A stretch of DNA of 56,589 bases from positions 1 through 56,589 of the IMG/VR virus record IMGVR_UViG_3300027419_000038; one strand, 5' to 3'. Below are positions 1 to 9,051 of this stretch, piece after piece (positions within the stretch are counted from its first letter, which is position 1; each line of letters begins with the position of its first letter). The notes beneath the pieces were generated by a model, which had not been told where the DNA came from, made no database searches, and worked only from the letters and a program-made list of their open reading frames with translations. Origin of the DNA: a virus. Its lineage: Duplodnaviria; Caudoviricetes. Made by a program: the position numbers and the translations under genes.

Positions 1-127
1 AAAAAAAATAGAACCAAAAAAACAGAGCTAAAGAATGAACAGTATAAGACGGATGTTGTCGGCTCAAAAAAGGAATGAAAGTATATTAAAAAAAGAGTTA
101 TGTATTGTTCTTTATTGTTTATATTGG
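1..127. repeat. Direct terminal repeat, left copy (circular assembly overlap)
   Basis: Identical to 56463-56589; 127 bp equals a common assembler k-mer size. Confidence 0.95.
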
Positions 128-273
128 GTTATATAGGATGTTTCCGGTGTTGTCCTGGTATGTTCGGTTATCTGGTCTTATGCTGTTTGTAAACCATGGC
201 TTTTTAGTGTATGGGTTTATGTTGGTGGTTTCGGTTTCGGTGGTCATCTTTATTCCCTCTGGTCCGTATTGGT

Positions 274-477
274 TTATTTTAAGTTCTCTGTTTTTATAAG
301 TATTTCATGTCTACTAATTACCGTGTAGTGTTTACAGTATATGCACCCAACATATTCCCTGTTTTTAGTGTAGAAGTCTATTATCCATAATTCCTTATTG
401 ATTTTCCTACAGTCAATGGTTTCCGGATGTATGAATATGTTTATTGTGGTTTCGTTTCTTATAACTATATGTTTCAC
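274..477 (-). CDS. Hypothetical protein
   Basis: GTG start preceded by AGGAG; directly downstream of 492..1151. Confidence 0.6.
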   Translation of the reverse strand: MKHIVIRNETTINIFIHPETIDCRKINKELWIIDFYTKNREYVGCIYCKHYTVISRHEILIKTENLK

Positions 478-491
478 GGTTTCACGTCTCC

Positions 492-1151
492 TTAATGTTT
501 TTTTATGTATATGTGCATTCCTTTAATCTCTTTGCATAGTTTACAGTTTAGACATTTCCCCGGACATACGGTCTCTGGAATATAATCATCGATTTCATCT
601 ACCGCATTAAACCGGTTGTCTAGCATAAACCCACTACCATTGATTATTAGGTTTTTCGGTTTATTGGTCATTATTTCCTTTTTCATATCGTATCTAGCGG
701 TGTATCCGTATATGATTATGTCCTGTGTGATGTAGGCATTTTCTAATAGTTTTGCTAGTTTTTTTAGTTTTTCTAAATCTTCCGTATCTTCTATGTCTCC
801 TACTTCATTAAACCGTATGTACCTGGTTTTTATGCGCTCATTCCTTACTATGTCTAAGATATCATTAAATATATCTTCCGCATCTCTTAACTTCCAATAT
901 AAATGTTGTTTTTCATGGTATTTAGGCGTATCACGGTTATACGTTGCCTCTCCTTTTAATCCATAACAGATGTTCCTTACTTTGCATAGTCCTTTTTTAG
1001 CTGCCGGGCAGTGATATGCCGTACTCATGGAAAAAATTAAGGTATCCTTACTTATTTTTAGATTTCCACGTTTAATAGGCATTTTTTCCGGCAATATTGC
1101 TTTATTTATACTGTTTTCAATCTTCTTTATGGTTTCGGCTTTTAAATTCAT
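492..1151 (-). CDS. GP88-like Cys-rich (putative Fe-S) phage protein
   Basis: FSMSTAYHCP..GLC...ICYGLKGE, IRFNEVGD, YGYT and C-terminal CPGKCLNCKLC motifs resemble the phage gene product 88 family. Confidence 0.7.
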   Translation of the reverse strand: MNLKAETIKKIENSINKAILPEKMPIKRGNLKISKDTLIFSMSTAYHCPAAKKGLCKVRNICYGLKGEATYNRDTPKYHEKQHLYWKLRDAEDIFNDILDIVRNERIKTRYIRFNEVGDIEDTEDLEKLKKLAKLLENAYITQDIIIYGYTARYDMKKEIMTNKPKNLIINGSGFMLDNRFNAVDEIDDYIPETVCPGKCLNCKLCKEIKGMHIYIKKH

Positions 1152-1616
1152 CTTATAGGCTCCTACTTTTAATTAATTCTACCCCGTTACTAACGGTTAA
1201 TATCTCATATTCCTTAATAAAGGACTCTGCATATATCTCAGCGCTTATAAAAGTGTTAAATTCCATAATACCTTTAGTACATTCATCCTTTACTAGTTTA
1301 TCAGTTTTTAAGTCTCTTATTTGATATCTCATATTAAATTCCCCCTATGATGTATTCTCCGTTTATTATGTCTAAATGGAAGTAGTCACATCCTATAAAC
1401 CAACCTAATTCTGTATAACCGTTTACTAGTTGGAATAAAACTATTAAAACGGTTATTGCTATTAAAAATCCTATTGCTTTTTTTAAGTTTTTGGTTTCCA
1501 TTGTTTGACTTCCTTTAATTTTCCGTTGGTTACCCTCTGTTTTTTAGGGTATTTAAAGGTTTCGTTTTAAGGACTTTATTCTTAAATCAACATGGATATT
1601 GCTTTTTATATATATT

Positions 1617-1735
1617 TGCACGTACGCGCGTATACGCGTATAGGTGTACGCGCGCGTATACGTGTGTATATGTATGTACGTGTGTGTATAGGTGGGCGCG
1701 CGCGTGTGTGTATGTGGGTGTGTGCAGTGTGCAGA
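1617..1735. repeat. Alternating purine-pyrimidine tract (Z-DNA prone, rich in short palindromes)
   Basis: Uninterrupted RY alternation at 1617-1642, 1644-1690 and 1696-1716, including CGCGCG runs. Confidence 0.9.
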
Positions 1736-1766
1736 AGCCCCCCGCATCCTGGGGGGGATTCTTTGC

Positions 1767-1815
1767 GTGTATGTGTAGAAGCCCCCCATAGACCCTTTGT
1801 GTATGTGTAGAAGCC
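1767..1815. repeat. 17-bp direct repeat GTGTATGTGTAGAAGCC x2, with a degenerate third copy at ~1724-1739
   Basis: Copies at 1767-1783 and 1799-1815. Confidence 0.85.
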
Positions 1816-2027
1816 TTCGGGGAATGCTCAGGGGTTGTGTGGGCTTGAGGGTTGTGTGTTGTTGTCCTGGGACTATCTTGTTAAGGTGGTAAATCCTTAA
1901 CTCCAGAGTGTAAATTATTGATACTTGTATGTGCAAGTGTCATTAAAAATAAGGTTTCCATCGTTAGATGTGGGGGTAGTATTGGAAGTTGTAAAAAAAG
2001 AATGGTTTAGTATATAGTATGTGGTGT

Positions 2028-2285
2028 TTATGGGAGGGTTTCGTGGTTTTCAACTAATTCTTCCTCGATTTCTTCTAAGAGGAGTGTTTTCATCCTCTCT
2101 AAATCTCTTAAGACCACCTGATATGTTATTGCTTTTATACTCATTTCTATTGCATTTTCACAGGTTGAGGTTGGTATGGTTTTTATTGCAGCGTCTTGCT
2201 CTGTTTTTATAGTCTGTATTGTCTTATCTGTGTCTATTAACTCTAAATATAAGCCATTAATTTTTTGTTGTGATTCTAGGTTCAT
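2028..2285 (-). CDS. Hypothetical helical/coiled-coil protein
   Basis: ORF track; AAGGGA upstream. Confidence 0.6.
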   Translation of the reverse strand: MNLESQQKINGLYLELIDTDKTIQTIKTEQDAAIKTIPTSTCENAIEMSIKAITYQVVLRDLERMKTLLLEEIEEELVENHETLP

Positions 2286-2315
2286 ATTTTCCCTTCTTTT
2301 GATTTCTTATTTTGT

Positions 2316-2447
2316 AAATTTGGAATTTGGGAATTTGGAATTTCGGATTTCCAGATTTTGGATTTTAGAAATTCCAGATTCCTGTTTTTTGGATTTTGGG
2401 TTTTCTGGATTCTTAGATTTCGGATTCCATGGTTTCTGGATTTAGGA
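2316..2447. repeat. Degenerate tandem array of ~7-8 bp GGA(A/T)TT(T) units
   Basis: ttggaatttgggaatttggaatttcggatttccagattttggatttt... Confidence 0.8.
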
Positions 2448-2631
2448 ATATTGTTATTTCGATTGTGTTGCAGATGTAGCCGTTTCCAGTGTGCCTGGGG
2501 CAGGATGTGATGATTTGACTGTCTGTAACATTGTATTCGTCTTTGAGTGTTTGTTTAATTCTATCGTACTGAGTTATCATATCCTCCCCAATAGTATTGG
2601 GGAACATTTCTATCCTGTATCCTTTCATCAT
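2413..2631 (-). CDS. Hypothetical protein (probable start MMKGYR)
   Basis: ATGA overlap with the stop of 2628..2894. Confidence 0.55.
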   Translation of the reverse strand: MMKGYRIEMFPNTIGEDMITQYDRIKQTLKDEYNVTDSQIITSCPRHTGNGYICNTIEITIFLNPETMESEI

Positions 2632-2894
2632 GCGAGGTCCCCTATGGTTATCTTCATTGGGTACTGGGATAAGTAGGCTCTTGTCCTGTATCCTCCCAGG
2701 TGCCAGTTTTTGCAGAATGGACATTTGTATGGTGCTAACCGTTTTTCTATTGGTAGTTCTAGGTTGCGTTTAACTCCTACTCGGAGGGCATCGCCGTAGT
2801 CTGCGAATCTAGTCTTAGGAACACAGCTCCGTACTCTTCCTTCATTGTATGCCATGTTTGACCTGAGTAGGTCTTCATGAGTTAGTTTTTTCAT
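2628..2894 (-). CDS. Small Zn-binding phage protein
   Basis: YKCPFCKNWHL motif; GGAGGT RBS. Confidence 0.65.
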   Translation of the reverse strand: MKKLTHEDLLRSNMAYNEGRVRSCVPKTRFADYGDALRVGVKRNLELPIEKRLAPYKCPFCKNWHLGGYRTRAYLSQYPMKITIGDLA

Positions 2895-2898
2895 AGGT

Positions 2899-3207
2899 TT
2901 ACCTCCTGAAGGCTTTGCATTTGTTTTTTAACGTTAGTAATTCCATTTCTTTGTTTAATATATCGTCTTTACACTTGTATGATTGCCATTCATTGTATAC
3001 TCGTTCATATTCTTCTAGAGCTTCCAACCCGTTGCTGTATTCCTTATATTTGTTCTCATCAGTATAAGGATAATCTCTTAGAGTCATTGTGATTCGTATT
3101 TGATACTTCAAGCCATCAGAGATTAAATAAATGTTCCGTATATCCTTATAGGGTAAGTTTCCCATTTCTTTTATCCTCTCATAAACTCTTCTAAAGAGGT
3201 TGGACAC
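2899..3207 (-). CDS. Hypothetical protein
   Basis: Tightly packed operon; GGAGGG RBS. Confidence 0.6.
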   Translation of the reverse strand: MSNLFRRVYERIKEMGNLPYKDIRNIYLISDGLKYQIRITMTLRDYPYTDENKYKEYSNGLEALEEYERVYNEWQSYKCKDDILNKEMELLTLKNKCKAFRR

Positions 3208-3209
3208 GC

Positions 3210-3440
3210 TTAACCCTCCATTCTACGGGTCATTGATTTTAATTCTCGGATTATATTCTTAGCTGATGATTGCAGGTCTAGCCAATTTAATCTATCTGGG
3301 TCCTCAAAGTCATGGGGCCTGTAGTAATATTCTTCATCTTCATTATCTTTTATAAATCGTTCAACTATACCTAGTATATATTGGCAATCCCCGATTGAGT
3401 CTACATGGATTTCTTTGACTTCTTTAGTTGTTATTCTCAT
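3210..3440 (-). CDS. Hypothetical protein
   Basis: ATGA overlap with 3437..3631. Confidence 0.65.
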   Translation of the reverse strand: MRITTKEVKEIHVDSIGDCQYILGIVERFIKDNEDEEYYYRPHDFEDPDRLNWLDLQSSAKNIIRELKSMTRRMEG

Positions 3441-3631
3441 TTTTCAGCCTCCAATTCATTTATTACTTTGGTTATTTGCTCACGTATTTGTTTAGCGGTT
3501 TTAATGCTGAACCCCATGCCCACATGGTCATATTTACCCTCCCAATCAGCCCCTATATACAAGTGCCCAGGTATCATGCTTTTACGTACTGTTAAAATTC
3601 TTCCCTCATCTTCCGGATTTATAAATTTCAT
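3437..3631 (-). CDS. Small beta/alpha protein, paralogue of 3768..3992
   Basis: C-terminal SIKTAKQIREQITKVINELEAE; AGGTGA RBS. Confidence 0.7.
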   Translation of the reverse strand: MKFINPEDEGRILTVRKSMIPGHLYIGADWEGKYDHVGMGFSIKTAKQIREQITKVINELEAEK

Positions 3632-3767
3632 TCTATCACCTTCAATTCTCTTAATATTCGTTGGCGTTCTTCCGTTAGTTCTTTTATTTTCTCAGTTTCC
3701 CCAGGGTAGCATGACTTCAAATAGGATAGGGTGCGAGTTACCTCGCTGAGCTGCCCTTCCAGGTTGT

Positions 3768-3992
3768 TTATTGGCATTGTTCGGCCTCTAAGTGGTTAAC
3801 TACTTTTATGAGTTGTTCTATTATCCCCTTTGCGGTTTCTATGCTGAGAACAGCATCTTTACTGGGACATTTGCCACGGCCCTCCCCCTCGTCATTATTC
3901 CGTAGAACAATGTGTGGGGAGTCTTCACTAGTGGATAGTCCTACATGGATTTCCCGTCCAAATTCACTGATAAATACCTTTTTTTCCATCAT
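3768..3992 (-). CDS. Small beta/alpha protein, paralogue of 3437..3631
   Basis: C-terminal SIETAKGIIEQLIKVVNHLEAE. Confidence 0.7.
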   Translation of the reverse strand: MMEKKVFISEFGREIHVGLSTSEDSPHIVLRNNDEGEGRGKCPSKDAVLSIETAKGIIEQLIKVVNHLEAEQCQ

Positions 3993-4001
3993 AACCCCCC
4001 C

Positions 4002-4496
4002 TCAGTATTTGTATTCCTCTCCAACAAAGTCTCTTGGGTTTTCTATTATCCTTGCGTCTTCCATACCACGTAATAATCCCATTACTCGTTTGTAGTTTGG
4101 ACCTTCTTCTACTTCGAATATTATGGACCGCTTCCGTACTATTTTATGAGTGTTTTGTCTCTGGATTTGTTTTTTAACTGCTTTTATGTGTTTGCATTCC
4201 CGTTCCCTGTACACGTGGTCGGGGCAGGTGCAGGACCATCGGTCTTCGTCGGTGTAATGTGTTACAATGTAAGTTATTCCCCTGTCTCCAGTTACCCGGT
4301 ATTCTTCTATAGGGTTATGTTGTGTGCTCACCCCGTTACGTTTTAATATTTGTTCTGCTTTCCATTCACGTTCAGTTACCATATTATCAACTCCGTTCAT
4401 TTCCTTTTCAACATATCTTCTAAATAATTCATCCTTAATCTTTTTTTGCAGCTCCGTATCCCAGGGATTGCTTATTAATGCTACTGGGACATCCAT
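4002..4496 (-). CDS. SWIM zinc-finger protein
   Basis: YRV.G..G..YIV.....WSCTCPD......CKHIKAV is the SWIM CxCxnCxH motif. Confidence 0.85.
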   Translation of the reverse strand: MDVPVALISNPWDTELQKKIKDELFRRYVEKEMNGVDNMVTEREWKAEQILKRNGVSTQHNPIEEYRVTGDRGITYIVTHYTDEDRWSCTCPDHVYRERECKHIKAVKKQIQRQNTHKIVRKRSIIFEVEEGPNYKRVMGLLRGMEDARIIENPRDFVGEEYKY

Positions 4497-4750
4497 TAAC
4501 TCATCACCTCTTTTATTAAATGCTGTGCGAATAACCCTGTAGTTCTCATTTTAACTATCCTGGTTTCTACATTCACTTTTACTGGTATTACTGCGTCTAG
4601 AAGTTTGTTTACTAATCGGTTAGGTACTAGGAATTTCTGTTCAATTCCATCAGCCATTATTGCCTTAATTTTAATTCCATGTTCAAATACTGTGTGTTCT
4701 CCTTCAATATGGATTAATTCGTATGTGTTGTTCACTATATTTTCATCCAT
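4496..4750 (-). CDS. Hypothetical protein
   Basis: TAATG overlap with next gene; G-rich RBS. Confidence 0.6.
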   Translation of the reverse strand: MDENIVNNTYELIHIEGEHTVFEHGIKIKAIMADGIEQKFLVPNRLVNKLLDAVIPVKVNVETRIVKMRTTGLFAQHLIKEVMS

Positions 4751-4763
4751 AATTAAACCCCCT

Positions 4764-4955
4764 TTAAATATTCACATCCTCAATTTCCAACATAATTAAT
4801 GCCACTTTATAAATGTTTAATGCGTTTAATTCACCGTTACAGGTGTTTATTGCTTCTTTAGCTGGGGTGTATAGTTGTTCTATGGAATTATAAGTCCATT
4901 GTTTGTTTGTTTTACATAATTCTTGAAATTGATTGTACATTTCCATCGTTATCAC
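4764..4955 (-). CDS. Hypothetical protein
   Basis: Operon context; AGGTGA RBS favours the internal ATG. Confidence 0.5.
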   Translation of the reverse strand: MITMEMYNQFQELCKTNKQWTYNSIEQLYTPAKEAINTCNGELNALNIYKVALIMLEIEDVNI

Positions 4956-5106
4956 CTATTCGTCAGGGTGTAGACAGTCGTTATTCTCCCATCCGCACTG
5001 GTTTTCTTCTAATTCTGCTATACGGGTTTCTAGTTTGGTTATTTTCTTTTTCAGTTCTTGTATTTCAATCATGTTTTTCATTTTAATTCTCTCCTACTAC
5101 TACATT

Positions 5107-5130
5107 GGTGCCCCCCTCTTATATACTTAT
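5107..5130 (-). promoter_or_regulatory. Putative archaeal promoter (TATATAA) followed by GGGGGGCA motif
   Basis: Minus strand ataagTATATAAgaGGGGGGCAc upstream of an RBS and ATG. Confidence 0.55.
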
Positions 5131-5133
5131 GGG

Positions 5134-5385
5134 TTACATAAAGGGATAGGGTAAGCTATCACCCCGGTCTTTATCCTTTTTATGGTGCCTACATTTCCCA
5201 TATACTGGAACATGAATATATCCAGGTTCCCCTGCTTCTTCTGCCAATTTCTTACATGGAGTTAAGTCATCATAACTCCAGATTGGCTTAGAATATACAC
5301 ATGTCCCACAGCAACTAGCCATTTTGAATTGTGCGGATTTGATAACCTGCTCTCTTGATTTAACCATCATTCCACCTCTTTCCAT
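5134..5385 (-). CDS. Small Cys-rich protein
   Basis: CCGTC..C..C pattern; likely start MMVK after AGGTGG RBS. Confidence 0.6.
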   Translation of the reverse strand: MERGGMMVKSREQVIKSAQFKMASCCGTCVYSKPIWSYDDLTPCKKLAEEAGEPGYIHVPVYGKCRHHKKDKDRGDSLPYPFM

Positions 5386-5681
5386 TGTTCTATTACTACC
5401 TGTTCTTTTTTAACTTCTACTAATTCTAAGTCATCCCATCCATAGTCTCCCCAGGAGTCTTCCCCACATTGGGATTCTGTGGCTCCTTCACTACGCCAGA
5501 TTTTGTAGTATTTGTCTCCGATTTTAAATATGTAGTCGCTAGTAACCGTCCATCGTCCGTGGTCAGTTATAGTTTTCTCAATAAATTCTATGTCCATTCT
5601 CCATCCTTTTTTTTCCCTGAACTCTTCAGGGAAGTCTAATACTCGTACAAGTTCTTCTGCATTGATTTTCATTTGAATCAC
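5367..5681 (-). CDS. Conserved phage hypothetical protein
   Basis: HGRWTV..FK....YY....GATESQ pattern recurrent in tailed phages. Confidence 0.65.
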   Translation of the reverse strand: MIQMKINAEELVRVLDFPEEFREKKGWRMDIEFIEKTITDHGRWTVTSDYIFKIGDKYYKIWRSEGATESQCGEDSWGDYGWDDLELVEVKKEQVVIEQWKEVE

Positions 5682-5684
5682 TCC

Positions 5685-5939
5685 TTATCCGATTATTTCA
5701 TAATTGTAGTCGATTTGGTACATGTATTTGGAGCGCTTAATCCCCACTCTAGCCCCTACTGTTAAATCCATCCTCCCAGTGTGGGATATGATTGTTTCCT
5801 TGATTTTTTTATCATCCATGTAATTATATATGCTTATTCTATAAGTGGAGAACATTCTAGTTCTACCTATTACTTCTTCTATGATTCCATAGAGTGTATG
5901 GTTAGTCTCAATATACTTTTGCCTCATTTTATCACCCAT
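5685..5939 (-). CDS. Hypothetical protein
   Basis: Operon context; start uncertain. Confidence 0.5.
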   Translation of the reverse strand: MGDKMRQKYIETNHTLYGIIEEVIGRTRMFSTYRISIYNYMDDKKIKETIISHTGRMDLTVGARVGIKRSKYMYQIDYNYEIIG

Positions 5940-6049
5940 AAATCACAATCTGGACAGTACCAGGCGTTGTGAAATTCGAACATATCCTCATTACACTCCT
6001 GACATCTTTTAGGTTCAGTTTTTTGTTTCATTTTATCACTACATAATGA

Positions 6050-6535
6050 TTAGAGGGGTTCTCCCCTCCATTCTTTGTCAAAACGTCCTTCATCTAGTTT
6101 GAGGGTGAATCCTCCGATTGCTAGGTTCCAGATTTCAAATTCTCTGGTTTCTTCATTGAAGTACACCCACATGCGTTGGTAACCTAACCAGTTGATTATG
6201 TGTTCTTTATCCTGGCGTTCGACTCTTTTGAACTCTGCGTTTTCGTTTCGTTCAACCATATCTATCTGGCCATTGAATTGGGCATTGTATCGGATGAACC
6301 AGCAGTCAGGGGTTACTAGGTCTACGATTCTTCTCATTTGTGCTCTGGTTACTCTCCATTCTTTGTTTTTGTTTACTGCTTCGCTTAGTTTTTCACTGGT
6401 TACTTCATCCGGGGCTATGTTGTATAAGTCTACTTTGAATTTGTATTCTTTGTTTGCAGGGAATCTAAATTTTCTTTTCATTATTATGTGTGGTCTTCTT
6501 CCTTTACTGGTTGCTATTTCTAACATCTTATTCAC
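6050..6535 (-). CDS. Hypothetical protein
   Basis: 161-codon ORF in operon. Confidence 0.7.
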   Translation of the reverse strand: MNKMLEIATSKGRRPHIIMKRKFRFPANKEYKFKVDLYNIAPDEVTSEKLSEAVNKNKEWRVTRAQMRRIVDLVTPDCWFIRYNAQFNGQIDMVERNENAEFKRVERQDKEHIINWLGYQRMWVYFNEETREFEIWNLAIGGFTLKLDEGRFDKEWRGEPL

Positions 6536-6743
6536 CTTCTTTTTTAGGATGGAGTGCGAACATCATCTGTTTTGCTTTAATCATCCGTTCATTTAGGACT
6601 TCATCACAGTCCTCGCATTTGCAGGTGTCTTCTCTATCCATAAGAGGGTTCATGTCCCCCCCGCATGCCGGACATTCGAAGTCATCCAGGCAGTCCCAAA
6701 GTCGGTTTATTTCGTTTTTCTGTTTTTCATTCATGTTATACAC
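6528..6743 (-). CDS. Zinc-ribbon protein
   Basis: CPACGG...CEDC. Confidence 0.65.
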   Translation of the reverse strand: MYNMNEKQKNEINRLWDCLDDFECPACGGDMNPLMDREDTCKCEDCDEVLNERMIKAKQMMFALHPKKEGE

Positions 6744-6762
6744 TTCCTCTATATACTAAGTT

Positions 6763-6790
6763 GTCATGCCCCCTTAATATAGTTTACGGT
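6763..6790 (-). promoter_or_regulatory. Putative BRE-TATA promoter followed by GGGGGCATGA motif
   Basis: Minus strand accgtaaacTATATTAAGGGGGCATGA. Confidence 0.55.
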
Positions 6791-7032
6791 TCTTGCCTTA
6801 TTTTTTTGAGTTTAGTCCTACTTAATATAGTTGCTTTATAGTGATGGAGTGTGCCCCCTCCAGTATCTAATGTAGTCCAACTTTCTAATTTTATTAATTC
6901 CTCTGCATTATGCCTTATTAATTCAGAATTAAGCTTATCTAACACTGAATTACCTGTAGGGCTTTCATCATCTTCCCTCCAAGGCATTGCAAAGTTGTAG
7001 CCATGAGCTTCTATTTCATATATTTGAATCAT
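6784..7032 (-). CDS. Hypothetical protein
   Basis: GAGGT RBS. Confidence 0.6.
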   Translation of the reverse strand: MIQIYEIEAHGYNFAMPWREDDESPTGNSVLDKLNSELIRHNAEELIKLESWTTLDTGGGTLHHYKATILSRTKLKKIRQEP

Positions 7033-7042
7033 ATTAACTACC

Positions 7043-7387
7043 TCATTTTAGGATTGTGGGTTGGAACATACAAGCTAACCTCCCTAATCTATCCCATACT
7101 GGTTCGAATGAAGCCACATCTCCAGTGTTTTCATAATCTCGTAGACATTTGATTATTAATTCTTTAATTTCATTGAATAATGGGTGTGTTTTTTCTATTA
7201 TGAGTTCTTCATAGCCCCATTTATTATTCTCCATGAATCCAACTTGGATATCTCCATAGGAGAGTCCCAATGTGATGGGTCCGTTATCAAAGTCTACATC
7301 TCTCCAGTACCAGCCCATGTAGGGGAGAACTTTCTCCCCTGCGTCATCTGCCTTGTCTATTCTTTTATTTATCTCCTCACTATCCAT
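7043..7387 (-). CDS. Hypothetical protein
   Basis: GAGGTG RBS; PYMGWYWR motif. Confidence 0.7.
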   Translation of the reverse strand: MDSEEINKRIDKADDAGEKVLPYMGWYWRDVDFDNGPITLGLSYGDIQVGFMENNKWGYEELIIEKTHPLFNEIKELIIKCLRDYENTGDVASFEPVWDRLGRLACMFQPTILK

Positions 7388-7396
7388 ATTAACACC

Positions 7397-7603
7397 TCAC
7401 ATAAATTGCAGCAATATTTGTCTCATATCTCTTAATTCTGATATTTTACCCCGTATGTGTGCTATGTCACATGGTAATGCCCCCATATCTAATTTAACTG
7501 TTTCTATTTCTTTCTTATATTCTTCTATTCGTCTTTCTATCACCCCTAGTGTGAAGACTACTCCTACTTGTTCATCTTCTAAATCTACAGTTATTTTTGC
7601 CAT
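7397..7603 (-). CDS. Hypothetical coiled-coil protein
   Basis: G-rich RBS; helical pattern. Confidence 0.6.
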   Translation of the reverse strand: MAKITVDLEDEQVGVVFTLGVIERRIEEYKKEIETVKLDMGALPCDIAHIRGKISELRDMRQILLQFM

Positions 7604-7837
7604 TTAAAACCCCCCTTGTAGAATTAAAGCCACCATTACATATATGCAAAGGATTGTGAGGATTATGGCCATCACGACTACGCACCCTAGGAGTATTGTC
7701 ATCATATATTCTCTTATATCCTCAATATACATTTAATATTCCCCCATGTCTAGTTCTTCATCGCTTAAAGTCATTAATTCTTCCACGTCGAAATATTCCT
7801 CTGCCATTTTCTTAAATTTCCGTCGGTTGTACATCGT

Positions 7838-7975
7838 TTAATCCTTCCTGGGTGAAACTATCCTGTCACAATTTTTGCAATGATATTCCCCTCTACTCCT
7901 ACATATCCCTAATGAATGGACTTTGAACAAGTATCCCTCGGTGCATCCACAGTTATCGCATGGTTTGATTCTCAT
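7838..7975 (-). CDS. Small zinc-ribbon protein (start MRIKPC)
   Basis: CDNC...CKNC; GGAGGA RBS. Confidence 0.55.
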   Translation of the reverse strand: MRIKPCDNCGCTEGYLFKVHSLGICRSRGEYHCKNCDRIVSPRKD

Positions 7976-7977
7976 TT

Positions 7978-8229
7978 TTAATCCTCCGTGAGTATTGCAG
8001 GTAATATTAGTAACTGGTCGTTCTGGACATCCTTGTAGAATAGGTATAAGTCCCTGAGACATCCGCATTTAAGTCCTCCTAATTCGGATACTAAGTCATT
8101 CAATCGTTTATCTTGCTCAGGACTCCAGGTACTGCACCCTTCCATAGCTATATCGTAGGCGTTTTGTCTTAAATCCTGATTCACATCATTAATTCTGTCC
8201 AGTATTCTTTCCATTGTTCCTAATTGCAT
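7978..8229 (-). CDS. Hypothetical protein
   Basis: AGGTGG RBS. Confidence 0.6.
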   Translation of the reverse strand: MQLGTMERILDRINDVNQDLRQNAYDIAMEGCSTWSPEQDKRLNDLVSELGGLKCGCLRDLYLFYKDVQNDQLLILPAILTED

Positions 8230-8371
8230 TATCCCACCTTCTTTAAGTATCGTTCTAATAAATCCATCGCCAGGGGGAGGTGTCTGTTATTCGCCACCAT
8301 TGTTACTTTACCTGTGAAATCCATTATAGTGTATCTTCCGTTCTTTTTATTAATGATTATGGTTCTTTCAC

Positions 8372-8701
8372 TCATACTCTCACTTCGATTCCATCGTTTG
8401 TTAGGGTTATGTGGTCTACATTATATGTCCATACTGTGAATAGCTCTATTCCGCCTTTGTCCTTACAAATGAGTTGAGTTCCACCAGTAATCACTACTTT
8501 ATCACAGAGTTGGCTTACTATTTCCCCCCTACCTGTTGCTACGGTGACTTCTACATATTCTCCCTTGAATGCTGGAAGGATGTTTAACCATTTCATTTCA
8601 TCTAATTGTAATTTGATTGCGCATTCATCGTTGGTCATGTCCACTATTTTTAACTCATCGTTTTCTTCCAACCATTTTTCTAATATTTCTTCGTTTACCA
8701 T
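8372..8701 (-). CDS. Hypothetical protein
   Basis: Overlapping operon arrangement. Confidence 0.6.
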   Translation of the reverse strand: MVNEEILEKWLEENDELKIVDMTNDECAIKLQLDEMKWLNILPAFKGEYVEVTVATGRGEIVSQLCDKVVITGGTQLICKDKGGIELFTVWTYNVDHITLTNDGIEVRV

Positions 8702-8895
8702 TTGAATCGCCTGGGCATGTATCCTTGGTTTCTTAATTCTTTAGCTATTAATGTTTTAATTGTAAATTGGTTCCCACTATCAATATCCATATTAAATACA
8801 TCAATACCTAGGGTTTTTCTGAAGAATAGTTTAATAATCTGAGCTTCCTCTTCAGGGAGTTTTCCATATCCATCTTTTAAAGACACTGTTTCCAT
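8695..8895 (-). CDS. Hypothetical protein
   Basis: GGGTGA RBS. Confidence 0.6.
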   Translation of the reverse strand: METVSLKDGYGKLPEEEAQIIKLFFRKTLGIDVFNMDIDSGNQFTIKTLIAKELRNQGYMPRRFKW

Positions 8896-9051
8896 TTAAA
8901 TCACCCTCTCATTGCATATTGCAAATATTAATCCTGCGATTGCCCCTAACACTATTGCGAGTATTATTAGTGTGTAGGGGTGTTTTTCAGTTACCCATAT
9001 TATTGCTTTTTCGGTTTTGGTTTTTCTTTTCATATCCATGCACTCCTATTA

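Noticed and set aside
1-127. 127-bp repeat as the biological terminal repeat
   Set aside because: Length equals a standard assembler k-mer; it shows circularity or terminal redundancy, not true ends
1724-1815. Mini-CRISPR array
   Set aside because: Repeat only 17 bp with a 15-bp gap; no archaeal CRISPR repeat signature. No CRISPR array noticed elsewhere
1553-1936. ORFs 1553..1936 (-) and 1592..1810 (+)
   Set aside because: Low-complexity translations of the RY tract; no RBS
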